DNA of 64,000 nucleotides from Mobula birostris (taxonomy: Eukaryota): positions 28,392,782 to 28,456,781 of the forward strand of contig NC_092377.1 in assembly GCF_030028105.1 (NCBI RefSeq). Reading direction: 5' to 3'. The translations under genes were made by a program, and so were the position numbers. Of the stretch, positions 1 to 11,844 are shown one piece after another. The notes beneath the pieces were generated by a model that saw only the letters and a list, made by a program, of their open reading frames with translations, was not told the DNA's origin and did no database searches. Position 1 is the first letter of the stretch, and every line of letters starts with the position of its first letter.

Positions 1-729
1 CTTGGTTGTCAGAGGCTATTTGAGTCGCGCGCCATTGGGAGTATTTAATAGGTAGTGGGAGCCTGTCCCCATTATCACCCCTAGCTGTAACAACCTTTGT
101 TATATTGTTCCAGAACTATTCAATGAATAAAAATTCCTTTATAAATCAATGAATTATTAGTCATTGAATAGTTTTGAAGCAATTATTTTTGAAGTTGGGC
201 TTAAATATGAATTAGGTGATACAGAATCGAAGTTCTGAAAATGTGCCTTGTTGTACTAACTGTATTATACCTACTAGCAGCAACACAGCAGTCATTATCA
301 TTGCTTTTGAATGTGTAAACTCAAATACATTCATGTGTTTCAATGTCCTAATTCAGCACAAAATTAATTTTTACAGAATCCCCATCTCAAATATATGTGA
401 ATGTATTGTTCTAAATCATATAAAAGTCAGTATTTTGGTAGATCTCATACCCAATCAGTAAAATGGGATTAAGAAAAGAAATTCTGGAAATATTCAGCAA
501 GTCAGGCAGCATCTGTGCAAAGACAAACTAGATTAGTGTCTCAAATCAATGATTTTCAGCAAAACTTTTATCTTGTGCTGGGCAGTAGGCCATGTAGAGG
601 TCCTGGGAGCAGGAGAGAAAATAGATAACTATAAGAATAAATACCAGTCTTAGAAGGCAAGAATGCTTTATATTCAGTAGGAGGGAACAATGCATTGGCA
701 TCGTCATTAATTGCTATTGTCAATGATAC

Positions 730-2005
730 CATTAGAATTATAGAGTTGCACAGCACAAAATGAGTTCCTTAAACACCATGTTCATGCTGATTCTTTCCCA
801 ATCTATGCTAATCTCATTTGCCCACATTGTGTCTGTATCCTTTAGTCTTGCCTACTTAAGTGCCATCTAAATGTCTCTTAAATTTAGTGATTGTATCTGA
901 CTCCACCATCTCTTTCGGTAGCAAGCTCCAAATATCAATTGCTCTCCATGTGAAAAATCTTTTAAGATCGTAACATATAGGAGCAGTATTAGGCCATTTG
1001 GCCCATCGAGTCTTTCCTGCCATTTCATCATGGCTGATCCATTTCCCTATCAGCCCCAGTCTCCTGCCTTCTCTCCTTGTCTTTTTACGCTCTGACTAAT
1101 CAAGAAACTATCAATCTCTGCCTTTAATATACCCAATGACTAGGCCTCCACAGCCCCCTATGGCAATGAATTCCACAGATTCACAACTCTCTGGCTAAAG
1201 AAATTCTTCCTCATCTCCATTCTAAAAGGACTCCCTTTATTCTGAGACTGTGTCTCTGGTCTTTTCCCTCAAACCTCATTTAAAACTCCTTTCTCTCACT
1301 TAACTCAATACTCACTTGCCTTTGATATGCCTGCCGTGGGAAATAAAATCTATCTATGCCTCTTGCCAAAGGACTTCTGCTCTTTTGTCTTATGGTTTTA
1401 TGGTCTTATAATTTCATTTACCTCTATGAAGCCACTCCTCACCCTCCCTAGCTCTATGGAAAACAAGCCCAGTCTTTCCAATAAATCCTCATAACTGGAT
1501 TTTTTTTCAATTCAGGTACCATCCCTCTCTGCACTCCCTCAAGCACATCTATAATCTTACCTATAGTCTGGCAACCAGAATTGTACACAATAATCCAAGG
1601 GCTGTCTCACCAGTGCTTTGAAAATTTGCAGCATAATGACTCAACTTTTATATTCTGTGCTGATACCTATAAAGGCAAGCATGCTTATGCTTTCTTCATC
1701 ACCCTGTCAATCTGCATTGACACTTTCATGGAGCTATGGACTTAAACCTCGATTCCTCTACTTATCAACATTTCTTATCATCCTACCATTTACCTTAAAT
1801 GTCCAACTCCTTTTGGTCTTCCCAAAATGCATCGCCTCATGATGGTCAAGAAAAATTTCCATTTGCTAATGCTCTATCCAATTTTCTATCTGTTCTATAT
1901 CCTGCTATAGCTTTCGATAATCTTCTTCACTATCTACAGGCACACAGACGTCTGTGTCATCTGCAGATATACTAATCATACTTCCTACGTTCACGTTCAG
2001 ATTGT
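730..2005 (-). mobile_element. Degenerate CR1 LINE 3' region, with a second CR1 3' fragment nested at ~965-1260
   Basis: Minus strand shows CR1 RT-tail signatures: gtgtcatctgca (ADDT), cccaaaatgcatc (MHFG), gaattccacagattcacaactctctggctaaagaaattc (NFFSQRVVNLWNS), and a CR1-type 3' UTR. Many stops. Confidence 0.75.
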
Positions 2006-2029
2006 TACTATATCAAAGGAACAAGGGCC

Positions 2030-2304
2030 CTGTGGACGGAGTTGGCCCATTGTTTCCGTCTGCTCCTACCCCACTAAACTTGTGTCCTCATACCTCGACC
2101 CCATTCCATTTCCCTTGGTTCAGTCCCTTCCATCTACATCTGCGACACTTCTCCTGCTCTTGATCTCCTCACTAACTTTCAATTCTGTGGCCCTGACGGC
2201 CTCATCTTCACCATGGAGGTCTAGTCTCTATACAGTTCTACCCCTACCCCCGTTAAGAGGGCCTTAAAGCTCTTCACTTCTTTCTCAATCAGTTCTCCTC
2301 TACC
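2030..2304 (+). mobile_element. Penelope-like element, upstream part of RT (split by CR1 insertions; continues at 8221)
   Basis: Degenerate translation resembles PLE RT (..PIVSVCSYPTKLVSSYLD..LVQSLP..; IFTMEV.SLYT; GLKALHFFL) and is collinear with the sequence resuming at 8221. Confidence 0.7.
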
Positions 2305-2662
2305 ATAAAACCATAGAACCATAGAACATCACAGCACAGAAACAGGCCTTCTGGCCCTTCTTGGCTGGTTGAACCATTTTTCTGCCTAGTCCCACTGACC
2401 TGCGCCTAGACCATATCCCTCCATACACCTCTCATCCATGTACATGTCCAAGTTTTTCTTAAATATTAAAAAAGAGAGCCCACATTTACGACTTCATCTG
2501 GCAGCTCATTCCACACTCCCACCACTCTCTGTGTGAAGAAGCCCCCCCCCCCATGTTCCCTTTAAATTTTTCCCCCTTCACCCTTAACCCCTGTCCTCTG
2601 GTTTTTCTCTTCTCTAGCCTCAGTGGAAAAAGCCTGTTTGCATTCACTCACTCTATTTATAC
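2305..2662 (-). mobile_element. Host CR1 LINE, 3' end (continues at 6896)
   Basis: Terminal 8-mer repeats (ccatagaa)n at ~2303-2327, 3' UTR, and agctcattccacactcccaccactctctgtgtgaa (FTQRVVGVWNEL). Confidence 0.85.
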
Positions 2663-2760
2663 ACAAGATCACAAGATCACAAGACAAAGGAGCAGAAGTA
2701 GGCCATTCGGCCCATCGAGTCTGCTCCGCAGCTCCCCCATGAGCTAAACTATTCACCCAT

Positions 2761-5615
2761 CTAGTTCCAATTTCCGGCTTTTTCCCCATATCCCTTGATA
2801 CCCTGACTAATTAGATACCGGTCAATCTCCTCCTTAAACACCCTCAATAATCGGGCCTCCACAACCATATGTGGCAATGAATTCCACAAATCCACAACCC
2901 TCTGGCTAAAAAAATTTCTCCTCATCTCTGTTTTAACTGGGTACCCTCTAATTCTAAGACTATGGCCTCTTGTCCTGGACTCACCCACCAAGGGAAACAA
3001 CCTTTCCACATCTACTCTGTCCAACCCTTTCAACATTCGAAACGTTTCTATGAGATCCCCTCTCATTCTTCTATACTCTAATGAATACAATCCAAGAGCC
3101 GACAGACGCTCCTCATATGTTAGCCCCTGCATTCCAGGAATCATCCTTGTAAATCTTCTCTGAACTCTCTCCAACATCAGTATATCCTTTCTAAGATAGG
3201 GGGCCCAAAACTGCACACAGTATTCCAAATGAGGTCTCACCAATGCCCCATAGAGCCTCATCAACACCTCCTTACTCTTATACACTATTCCCCTTGAAAT
3301 GAATGCCAACATAGCATTTGCTTTCCTTACCACCAATCCAACTTGGTGGTTAACCTTTAGGGTATCCTGCACGAGGACCCCCAAGTCCCTTTGCACTTCC
3401 GATTTTTGAATTTTCTCCCCATCTAAATAATAATCTGCCCGATTATTTCTTCTTCCAAAATGTACAACCGTACACTTGTCAACGTTGTATCTCATCTGCC
3501 ATTTCTTTGCCCACTCTCCTAAACTGACTAAGTCTCTCTGCAACCTTTCCGTTTCTTCAACATTTCCTGCTCCTCCACCTATCTTGGTGTCATCTGCAAA
3601 CTTAGCCACAAACCATTTAATCCATAATCCAAATCATCGATATACACTGTAAAAAGAAGTGGCCCCAACACCGACCCCTGCAGAACACCACTAGTAACCG
3701 GCAACCAATCAGAATAGGATCCCTTTATTCCCACCCTTTGCTTTCTGCCTATCAGCCAATGCTCCACTCATTTCAATATCTTTCCTATAATTCCATGGGC
3801 TCTCATTTTATTAAGCAGCCTCATATGCGGCACCTTATCGAAGGCCTTTAGAAAATCCAAATACACAACATCCACTGCCTCTCCCTTGTCAATCTTATTC
3901 GAGATTACCTCAAAAAATTCCAATAAGTTGGTAAGGCAGGATCTTCCCTTCATGAAACCATGCTGGCTTCAGCCTATCTTGTCATGCACCTCGAGATATT
4001 TCATAACCTCGTCCTTGAGGATTGACTCCAATATCTTTCCAACCACTGATGTCAGACTAATAGATCTGTAATTTTCTTTTTGCTGCCTCCTTCCTTTCTT
4101 AAATAGCGGAACTACATTTGCGAACTTCCAGTCCTCTGGAACCATGCCAGAGTCTATTGATTCCTGAAAGATCATTTCCAATGCTTCCACAATCTCCAAA
4201 GCCACCTCCTTCAGAATCCTCGGGTGCAACTCATCCGGGCCGGGAGACTTATCTATTCTTAGTCCACTTAGCTTCCCAAGCACTTTCTCTCTAGTTATCT
4301 TGACTGTACCTAATTCTATTCCCTGATACCTCTGGCTATCAGGTATATTGCTCATGTCTTCCACTGTGAAGACTGATGCAAAATACTCATTCAGTTCCTC
4401 CACCATCTCTTTGTTATCCATTGTAATTACTCCAGCATCATTTTCAAACGGTCCCATATCCACCCTTATCACTCTTTTACTCTTCATATATTTAAAAAAA
4501 CTCTTAGTATCCTTTTTTATGTTAATCGCCAACTTCCTTTCATAATTCATCTTTTCTTTCCTAATGACTTTCTTAGTTTCTTTCTGTAAGTTTTTAAAGG
4601 TCTTCCAGTCCTCATTTTTCCCACTAATTTTTGCTTCCTTGTACGCCGTTTCTTTTGCTTTTATTTTTGCCTTAACCTCTCTCGTTAGCCACATTTGTGC
4701 CATTTTTCCATTCATGATTTTCTTTTTTCTTGGAATATATTTTTCCTGCATTTTCCTTATTTCTTGTAGGAATTTCATCCAATTCTGCTCTGCCGTCCCT
4801 CCATTTAGTTTACTTTTCCAATTGACTTGGGCCAGTTCCTCTCTCATACCACTGTAATTTCCCCTGTTCCACTGAAATATCGATACACCTGATACCAGCT
4901 TCTCCTTTTCAAATTTGAAACTGAACTCAATCATATTATGATCACTACTTCCAAGAGGTTCCTTTACCTCCAGCTCCCTAATCGCCTCAGGTTCGTTACA
5001 CAGCACCCCAATCCAAAACAGCCTGGGGGGCTTCTGGACAAGTTGCTCCAAAAAGCCATTCTGTAGGCATTCTACAAACTCCCTCTCCTGAGATCCATTA
5101 CCTTCCCAACTTTCCCAATCCACTTTCATATTAAAATCCCCCATAATTATCTTGACATTGTCCTTCTGACATGCTTTTTCTATTTCCAGCTGCAACTTGT
5201 AGTCCACATCCCGACTGCTGTTTGGAGGCCTGTATATAACTGCTATTAGTGTCTTTTTACCCTTGCCATTTCTTAATTCTACCCATAAAGATTCTACCTC
5301 TTCTGATCCTATGTCCCTTCTTTCTATTGATTTGATATCGTTACTTACCATCAGGGCCATGCCACCCCCTTCACCTACCTTCCTATCCTTCCTGTACACT
5401 GTGTATCCTGGGATATTCAGCTCCCAATCACATCCATCATCTAGCCATGACTCGGTGATGGCCACAATGTCATATCTTTTAACCTGCAGCTGTGCAGCAA
5501 GGTCATCCACTTTATTTCTAATGCTGCGTGCATTTAAATACAGTACATTTAGATCGGTACCTGTTGCCACTTGTGCTATATATCTACTTTGCAGCAAATT
5601 ATCCTGTATATTCAC
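2761..5615 (-). pseudogene. CR1 ORF2: APE endonuclease + reverse transcriptase, disrupted
   Basis: APE motifs YLNARS, ITESWL, IYRPP, MGDFN, SDHN. RT motifs KSPGPD, WKFANVVPLFKKG, DFLKAFDKVPH, QGSVLGP, FADDTK. Premature TGA at ~3969 and ~3768, and a frameshift near 3600. Confidence 0.93.
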
Positions 5616-5716
5616 CGGCCTGTCCTTCTTACCATCTTTGCTGCACAGTATTTTTGACTTATTTCTATTTTCCTCTTCCTCGATCCTAACACCTTGGTTT
5701 CCTTCCCCTTGCCAAC

Positions 5717-6608
5717 TTAGTTTAAACCCTCCCTAACAGCTATATTAAACAATCCCGCTAGGATATTAGTACCTTTTGAGTTCAGGTGTAATCCATCTTT
5801 TTTGTACAAGTCATGCCTTCCCCAAAATAGAATCCCAATGATTCAGGAGTTTGAAGCCCTGCCCCCTGCACCAGTTACTTAGCCAGTTATTCATCCACTT
5901 AATTTTGCTATTCTTACCATCATTAGCGTGCAGCTCAGGCAGCAATCCTGATATTATTACTCTGGAGGTCCGGCTTTTCAATTTTCTTCCTAGCTCCCAA
6001 TAATCTTTCTTCAGGACCTCCTCTCTTTTTCTGTCTATGTCATTGGTACTAACATGTACCAAGACTTCCGGCTGCTCGCCCTCCCTCCTCAGAATACTCT
6101 GGACTCGATCTGAGACATCCCGTACCTTGGCACCAGGGAGGCAACACACCATCCGGGTATCCTTGTCCGGCTCGCAGAATCTCTTGTCCGTCCCCCTTAC
6201 GATGGAGTCCCCTATAACTACCACATTTCTTCTTGCTCTCTTGATTTTGGCACTGGGCAGAATGCTAAAGTCTCGTTCACTGTGGTCCTCCTCTGTCAGG
6301 TCTGTCTCTTCAACAGAATCCAAAACGATGTATCGATTTCTGAGGGGGACTGTCACAGGGGTGCTATCCACTACCTCTCTATAGGTAGTATCTATCACCT
6401 CCTCACTTTCCCTAATTAGCCGAAGGTCATCTATTTCCATCTCCAGCACCTTAACACGGTCCTTCAGAAGCCTCATCTCAGTGCACCTGGTGCAAATGTA
6501 ATCCTTGGGGAGGCTGGGAGTCTCCCAGGGTCCCCACATCTGGCACTCCAAGCACAACACTAATCCTAGATGCATACCTCTAATGCTACTGTTTGTACCA
6601 ATTACCAA
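5717..6608 (-). pseudogene. CR1 ORF1: zinc finger/coiled coil + SGNH (GDSL) esterase domain, frameshifted near 5830
   Basis: CLEC..CTRC zinc finger, heptad-like helix, VIGDSIV, CLPGAKV, HVSTND. After a one-base frameshift the frame continues FWGRHDLYKKDGLHLN (catalytic DxxH) to ..GLN* at ~5717. Confidence 0.88.
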
Positions 6609-6760
6609 AAAACTGTAACGTACTCTGTTACTATGAGACTCAACGGTCGCAGGAAGCCTCTTCCCGTCTCCGCCGAAGCCCGTTGAGCCAAAGCCCTTTC
6701 AGTCTGCACCCTCTCACTCCACAGCCCGCTCCGACGCTGCCCGCTGGATATGGTGGTTTT

Positions 6761-6810
6761 CTTTTTAAACTGTTCGCGCTCAACTGGCTGACGTCACGTG
6801 CCTGCGCAGT
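6761..6810 (-). promoter_or_regulatory. Putative CR1 internal promoter (NRF1-like, E-box, CRE, TATA-like)
   Basis: TGCGCA 6803-6808, CACGTG 6795-6800 overlapping TGACGTCA 6789-6796, then TTTAAAAA (minus strand, 6762-6769), all within a CpG-rich 5' UTR. Confidence 0.55.
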
Positions 6811-6895
6811 CTGGCCTCTCTCCTACTCTGAGAAATGAAATGGCTTCTTGCTGGAAATCCTTAGCCTCTTACCGCTGTCTTCTTGATCCGAAGAG

Positions 6896-8220
6896 ATACC
6901 CATCATAATTTTATATACCTCTATCAAATCTCCCCTCATTCTTCTACACTCCAGGGAATAAAGTCCTAACCTATTCAACCTTTCTCTGTAACTCAATTTC
7001 TCAAGTCCCGGCAACATCCTTGTAAACCTTCTCTGCATTCTTTCAACCTTATTAATATCCTGCCTGTAATTTGGTGACCAAAACTGCACACAATACTCCA
7101 AATACGGCCTCACCAATGCCTTATACAACCTCACCATAACATTCCAACTCTTATACTCAATACTTTGATTTATAAAGGCCAACGTACCAAAAGCTCTCTT
7201 TACGACCCTATCTACCTGTGACGACGCTTTTAGGGAATTTTGTATCTGTATTCCCAGATCCCTCTGTTCTCCTGCACTCCTCAGTACCCTACCATTTACC
7301 TTGTATGTTCTACCTTGGTTTGTCCTTCCAAAGTGCAATACCTCACACTTGTCTGTATTAAACTCGACCTGCCATTTTTCAGTACATTTTTCCAGCTGTC
7401 CAAATCCCTCTGCAAACTTTGAAAACCTTCCTCACTGTCCACTACACCTCCAATCTTTGTATCATCAGCAAATTGGCTGATCCAATTTACCACATTATCA
7501 TCCAGATCATTGATATAGATGACAAATAACAATGGACCCAGCACTGATCCCTGTGGCACACCACTAGTCACAGGCCTCCACTCAGAGAAGCAATCCTCCA
7601 CTATTACCCTCTGGCTTCTTCCATTGAGCCAATGTCTAATCCAATTTACTCCTCTCCATGTATACCTAGCGACTGAATCTTCCTAACTAACCTCCCATGG
7701 GGGACCTTGTCAAAGGCCTTACTGAAGTCCATGTAGACAACATCCACTGCCTTCCCTTCATCCACAAAAAACTATAATAAATTGGTTAAACATGACCTAC
7801 CACGCACAAAGCCATGTTGCCTTACTGAAGTCCATGTAGACAACATCCACTGCCTTCCCTTCATCCTCAAAAAACTATAATAGATTGGTTAAACATGACC
7901 TACCATGCACAAAGCCATGTTGACTCTCCCCAATAAGTCCCTGTCTATCCAAATACTTGCAGGTCCTATCTCTTAGTACTCCTTCCAATAATTTACCTAC
8001 TACCGACGTCAAACTTCCCGGCCTATCATTTTCCAGATTACTTTTAGAGCCTTTTTTAAACAACGGAGCAACGTGAGCCACTCTCCAATCCTCCAGCACC
8101 TCACCCATAGATACCAACATTTTAAATATATCTGCCAGACCCCTTGCAATTTCAACACTAGTCTCCTTTAAGGTCTGAGGGAATACCCTGGCAGGTCCTG
8201 GGGATTTATCTACTCTGATT
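6896..8220 (-). mobile_element. Host CR1 LINE, RT portion (5'-truncated)
   Basis: ORF fragments 6823-7338, 7296-7601 and 7875-8120 carry VPQGSVLGP, FADDTK, LEYCVQFWSP and QHGF..GRSCLTNL. Confidence 0.9.
7716..7922. repeat. ~103-bp tandem duplication inside CR1 RT
   Basis: gccttactgaagtccatgtagacaacatcc...gccatgtt occurs at 7716-7818 and again at 7819-7922. Confidence 0.9.
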
Positions 8221-9940
8221 TGCCATCACACTCCTTGTCCGCCAGAACTGGTCCTCACCATCAACAACTTTTCCTTTTGCTCCTCTCAATTTCTCCAGGC
8301 TCAAGGGGTAACTACAGGCACCTACGTGGGCCCCAGCTATGCCCTCCTTTTCATTGGTTATGTCACTCCAAGTTCCAAGCCTTCCCTGGTAATGCTCCCC
8401 AACTCTTTTACTATTACCTTAATGACTGCATTGCTGCTGCTTCATGCGTCCATGCTGAGCTCGTTAATTTCATCAACTTTCCCTCCAACTTCCAGCTTGC
8501 CCTTAAATTCACTTGGTCCATTTCTGCCCCCTCCCTCCACTTTCTCAACCTCTCTGTCTTCATCTCTGGAAGCAAACTGCCAGTTGATATCTGTTATAAA
8601 CCTAACAATTTACATGGTTATCTGGACTGTATCTCTTCCCACCCTGTCTCCTATAAAAATGCTTTTCCCTTTTCTCAGTTCCTTCATCTCCACCGCATCT
8701 GTCCCCAGGACATCAGAGACACATTCCTTCTTCAAAGAATGGGGTTTCCCCTCCTCCATTGATGCTGCCTTCATCCACATCTCCTCAATTTCGTGAACAT
8801 CTGCACTCAGCCCACCTTCCCATTGCCTCAACAGTGATAGAGCTCCTCTTGTCCTTACCTACACCCCATGAGCCTCTGCATCCAACACGTCGTTTTCCGC
8901 AATTTCTACCATATCCAATGGAATCCTACCACCAAATATACCTTTACCTTCCCCCCAGTCTGATTTCTGCAGAAATCTCGCCCTCTGTGGTTCCCTTGTC
9001 AATTTGTCCCTTCCCACTAATCTCCCTTAACCCTGCAACTGGCTAACGTGATACACCTGCCCCTTCACCTCCTCCGTCACCTCCATTCAAGGCCCCAAAC
9101 AGTGCTTTCCAGGTGAGGCAACACCTCACCTGTGAATCTGCTGGGGTCTTCTTATGTTTCCAGTGCTTCCGATGTGGTCTCCTCTACATTGGTGAGACCT
9201 GTCATAAATTGGGGGACTACTTTGTCAAACACCTCTGCTCTGCCCACCGAAAGTGGAATTCCTGATGGCCCAACATTTTAATTTCAATTCCCATTCCTGT
9301 TCTGACATGTTGGTCCATGGCCTCCTCTTGTGCCACAATGAGGCCAGATTCAGGGTGGAGGAGCAACACTTTATATTCCACACAACCACGAGGAAATCTG
9401 CAGGTGCTAGAAATTCAACCAACACACATGAAAAATACTGGTGAACGCAGCAGGCCTGACGAAGGGTCTGGGCCGAAGCGTTGATTGTACTTCTTCCTAT
9501 AAATGCTGCCTGGCCTGCTGCATTCACCAGCATTTTGTGTGTGTGTTACTTTATATTCCATCTGGATAGCTTCCAACTTTGATGGTATGAATATCAATTT
9601 TTCCTTCTGGTAAAAATAAAATTCCCTCTCAATCTATTCCATATTCCGGCCTCTTACCTCATCTCACCTGTCTATCATGTCCACCTGTGTACCCTGCTCT
9701 TTCCCTTTCTCCTATGGTCCACTCTCCTCTCCTATCTGGTTCTTCCTCTCCAGCCCTTTATCTTTCCCACCCTCCAGCCTTCACCTATTATCTTCTAGTT
9801 ATCCTCTTCTCCAGGCCCAACATTTTATTCTGCCTTCTTTCCCTTTTCTTTCTAGTCCTGACGGAGGGCCTTGACCCAAAATATTTAATCACTTCCATAG
9901 CGTTACCTAACCTGCTGAGTTCCTCCAGCATTTTGTGTCC
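8221..9940 (+). mobile_element. Penelope-like element: RT C-terminal half, GIY-YIG endonuclease and 3' pLTR (degenerate)
   Basis: ELVLTINNFSF, GPSYALLFIGY, YLNDCI (YIDD), LKFTWSIS..LHFLNL, YKP...HGYLD..SSHP..KNAFPFSQFL. GIY-YIG region QVRQHLTCESAGV..CFQCFRCGLLYIGET at ~9110-9200, then a pyrimidine-rich 3' region and pLTR remnant. Confidence 0.88.
9381..9547. mobile_element. Short fold-back PLE-derived insertion 1, with hammerhead-like core
   Basis: 13-bp TSD actttatattcca (9368-9380 / 9548-9560). Arms acacatgaaaaatactggtgaacgcagcaggcc and ggcctgctgcattcaccagcattttgtgtgtgt are inverted. Core ctgacgaagggtctgggccgaagcgttgattg. Confidence 0.85.
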
Positions 9941-10066
9941 ATAAGACATAGGAGCAGAATTAGGCCAACTGGCCCATGGAGTCTGCTCCACCATTCAATC
10001 ATGGCTGATCCCTTTTTATCTATCTCCTGCTCAACCCCAGTTTCTGGCCTTCTCCCCGTAACCTTT

Positions 10067-10260
10067 AACACAAAATACTCTTCAGATGCTGGGGTCAAAG
10101 CAACACTCACAACACGCTGGAGGAACTCAGCAGGTCGGGCAGCATCTGTGGAAACGATCAGCCAACGTTTCGGGCCGGAACCCTTTATCAGTCCTGACGA
10201 AGAGTTCCGGCTCGAAACATTGACTGATCGTTTCCACGGATGCTGCCCGACCTGCTGAGT
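10067..10260. mobile_element. Short fold-back PLE-derived insertion 2, with two head-to-head hammerhead motifs
   Basis: 14-bp TSD tcccYgtaaccttt (10053-10066 / 10261-10274). Near-perfect inverted arms of ~70 bp centred on 10192-10193. Confidence 0.9.
10187..10228 (+). ncRNA. Minimal type I hammerhead ribozyme motif (PLE pLTR-type), CpG-decayed at the cleavage site
   Basis: ATCAGTC-CTGACGA-A-GAGTT-CC-GGCTC-GAAA-CATT-GACTGAT: helix I ATCAGTC/GACTGAT, core CUGANGA and GAAA, helix II GAGTT/GGCTC. Confidence 0.72.
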
Positions 10261-10819
10261 TCCCTGTAACCTTTGATGCCATGTCCAATCAAGAACCTAT
10301 CAATCTCTGCCTTAAGTATGCCAGTGACCTGGCCTCCACAGCTGAATGTGGCAACAAATTCCGCAAATGCACCACCCTTTGACTGAAGAAATTTAACCTC
10401 ATCTCTGTTTTGAAAGGGCGCCCGTCTATCCTGAGGCTGTGCCCTCTTGTTCTAGACTTTCCCATCATGGGAAGCATCCTTTCTATATCTACTCTGTCTA
10501 GGCCTTTCAACATTCGAAAGGTTTTAATATGAGCCCCCTTCATCCTTCTGAATTCCAGCAAGTACAGACCCAGAGCCATCAAACGTTCCTCGTATGATAA
10601 CCCTTTCATTCCCGCAGTATACAATGGCAAAAGACTTCAAATCAGAAACTTACCCTTCCACCATTACTCTCTGCCACCCGTCACCAAGCCAATTTTGCAC
10701 CCAATTAGACAGATCACCTGGGATGCCATGTAGCTTCTAGGCCAACCAACATGCAAGAGCTTAAGAAATGTCTTACTAAAGTCCATTTCGTTGAGGCTAA
10801 CCACCCACCTTTATCAATC

Positions 10820-11145
10820 TTCAAAGTCAAGGTTGATTTTATTTCCACATGCACAATTACATGTATGTCGAGAAGTAACAACAAGCTTACTTGCACTATC
10901 CCACAGGCACATAGCATCTGATGCACAATGTTCAGAATAAAATCATATTAAATGTAAATTATACAAAATTTTACAAGAAAGAACACAATTAGAATGACAA
11001 AAATAAATAAGTCCACTCTGGTGCAAAGTGATTGAAGTAGTGATTAGGGTTATGCAAGTTGTTTCACAGAGGGAATGGTTGAAGGGAAGTAGCTGTTCTT
11101 GAACTTGGTGATGTGGGACTCCAGGCTTCTGTACATCCTTTCTCG
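10820..11145 (-). mobile_element. Rex1/Babar-type LINE 3' fragment
   Basis: Minus-strand RMYRSLESHITKFKNSYFPSTI (Rex1 C-terminal motif) and AT-rich tail. Confidence 0.7.
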
Positions 11146-11225
11146 CACACAAAATGCTGGAGGGCCTGAGCAAGTCATGGACGGGTACACAGTTGACATT
11201 TTGGGTTGAAACCCTTCTTCAGGGA
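11146..11225 (-). mobile_element. PLE pLTR fragment with degenerate hammerhead core
   Basis: cacacaaaatgctggagg...cagttgacattttgggttgaaacccttcttcagg matches the other pLTR copies. Confidence 0.65.
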
Positions 11226-11844
11226 ATAATCCTGAGACTCGGATCCTCAAGGTTATTCTTTTGCCTAACACCTGACTTCATCCATCTTTCTACTTATGTT
11301 GTTTATTTTTTTCTGAAGTCTTTGGAACACTTAATCAGAATTGTTAATGAGTATCAAGCTAAGAAATAGCTATATGTTAGGAACAATATAAGGGTACTTA
11401 AGCTCCTAAGATTGTTGAGAACTTCACGTCCTGTCTCCAGCGATTGTCATTTAACATAAGTGGCAATTCAGCAAGATGCTACAAATGCGCAGCACATGAG
11501 AAAGCACTGAACTAACACTGAGAAAATGAATTAGTGCCTGATGCCAATAAAGAGGCAGTACTGAGCAGTTGTCAGTTGATCACAGTTCAGCCTGTCACAT
11601 TCTGCCTATGCTCTGTGTACACAGCCTCTGATAATGTCCTATAATATGCAGGACCATTAATCATTATTTATAGTTATCATCATTAAACTGCTGGTAAGGT
11701 CTCAGTGTAGTGAAAGATCACACATTACGTACACAGAAAAAGATGAGAAATTTCACATTCAGTGAAACAAAATGGGAATTTTGTGGCAATATTGGCTAGA
11801 AATTCATTATCAAGCAGTGCTCTGAAAGCTTATCCAAGCATTCG

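Larger units (their letters stand above)
2663..6895 (-). mobile_element. Young, near full-length CR1 LINE (5' UTR, ORF1, ORF2, (CACAAGAT)n tail)
   Basis: Long ORFs with few lesions, tail repeats cacaagatcacaagatcacaagac at 2662-2685, and ATAC duplicated at 2659-2662 and 6896-6899 at the junctions with the host CR1. Confidence 0.93.
9941..10800 (-). mobile_element. CR1 3' fragments (interrupted at 10067-10260)
   Basis: ORF 10289-10630 (GLSYEERL..TRGHSLRI..NFFSQRVV) and a CR1 3' UTR with cataagacatag tail. Confidence 0.85.

Noticed and set aside
2761-6608. Active, autonomous CR1
   Set aside because: ORF2 has two premature stops and a frameshift, and ORF1 has a frameshift before the catalytic DxxH and an apparent internal deletion.
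6821-6895. snRNA-LINE chimera (U2/U6-type) at the CR1 5' end
   Set aside because: I found no convincing match to the snRNA sequences I recall. It is left as unexplained leader.
7716-7922. Direct repeats as a CRISPR-like or functional array
   Set aside because: It is a simple two-copy tandem duplication inside CR1 RT, with no spacers, in a vertebrate context.
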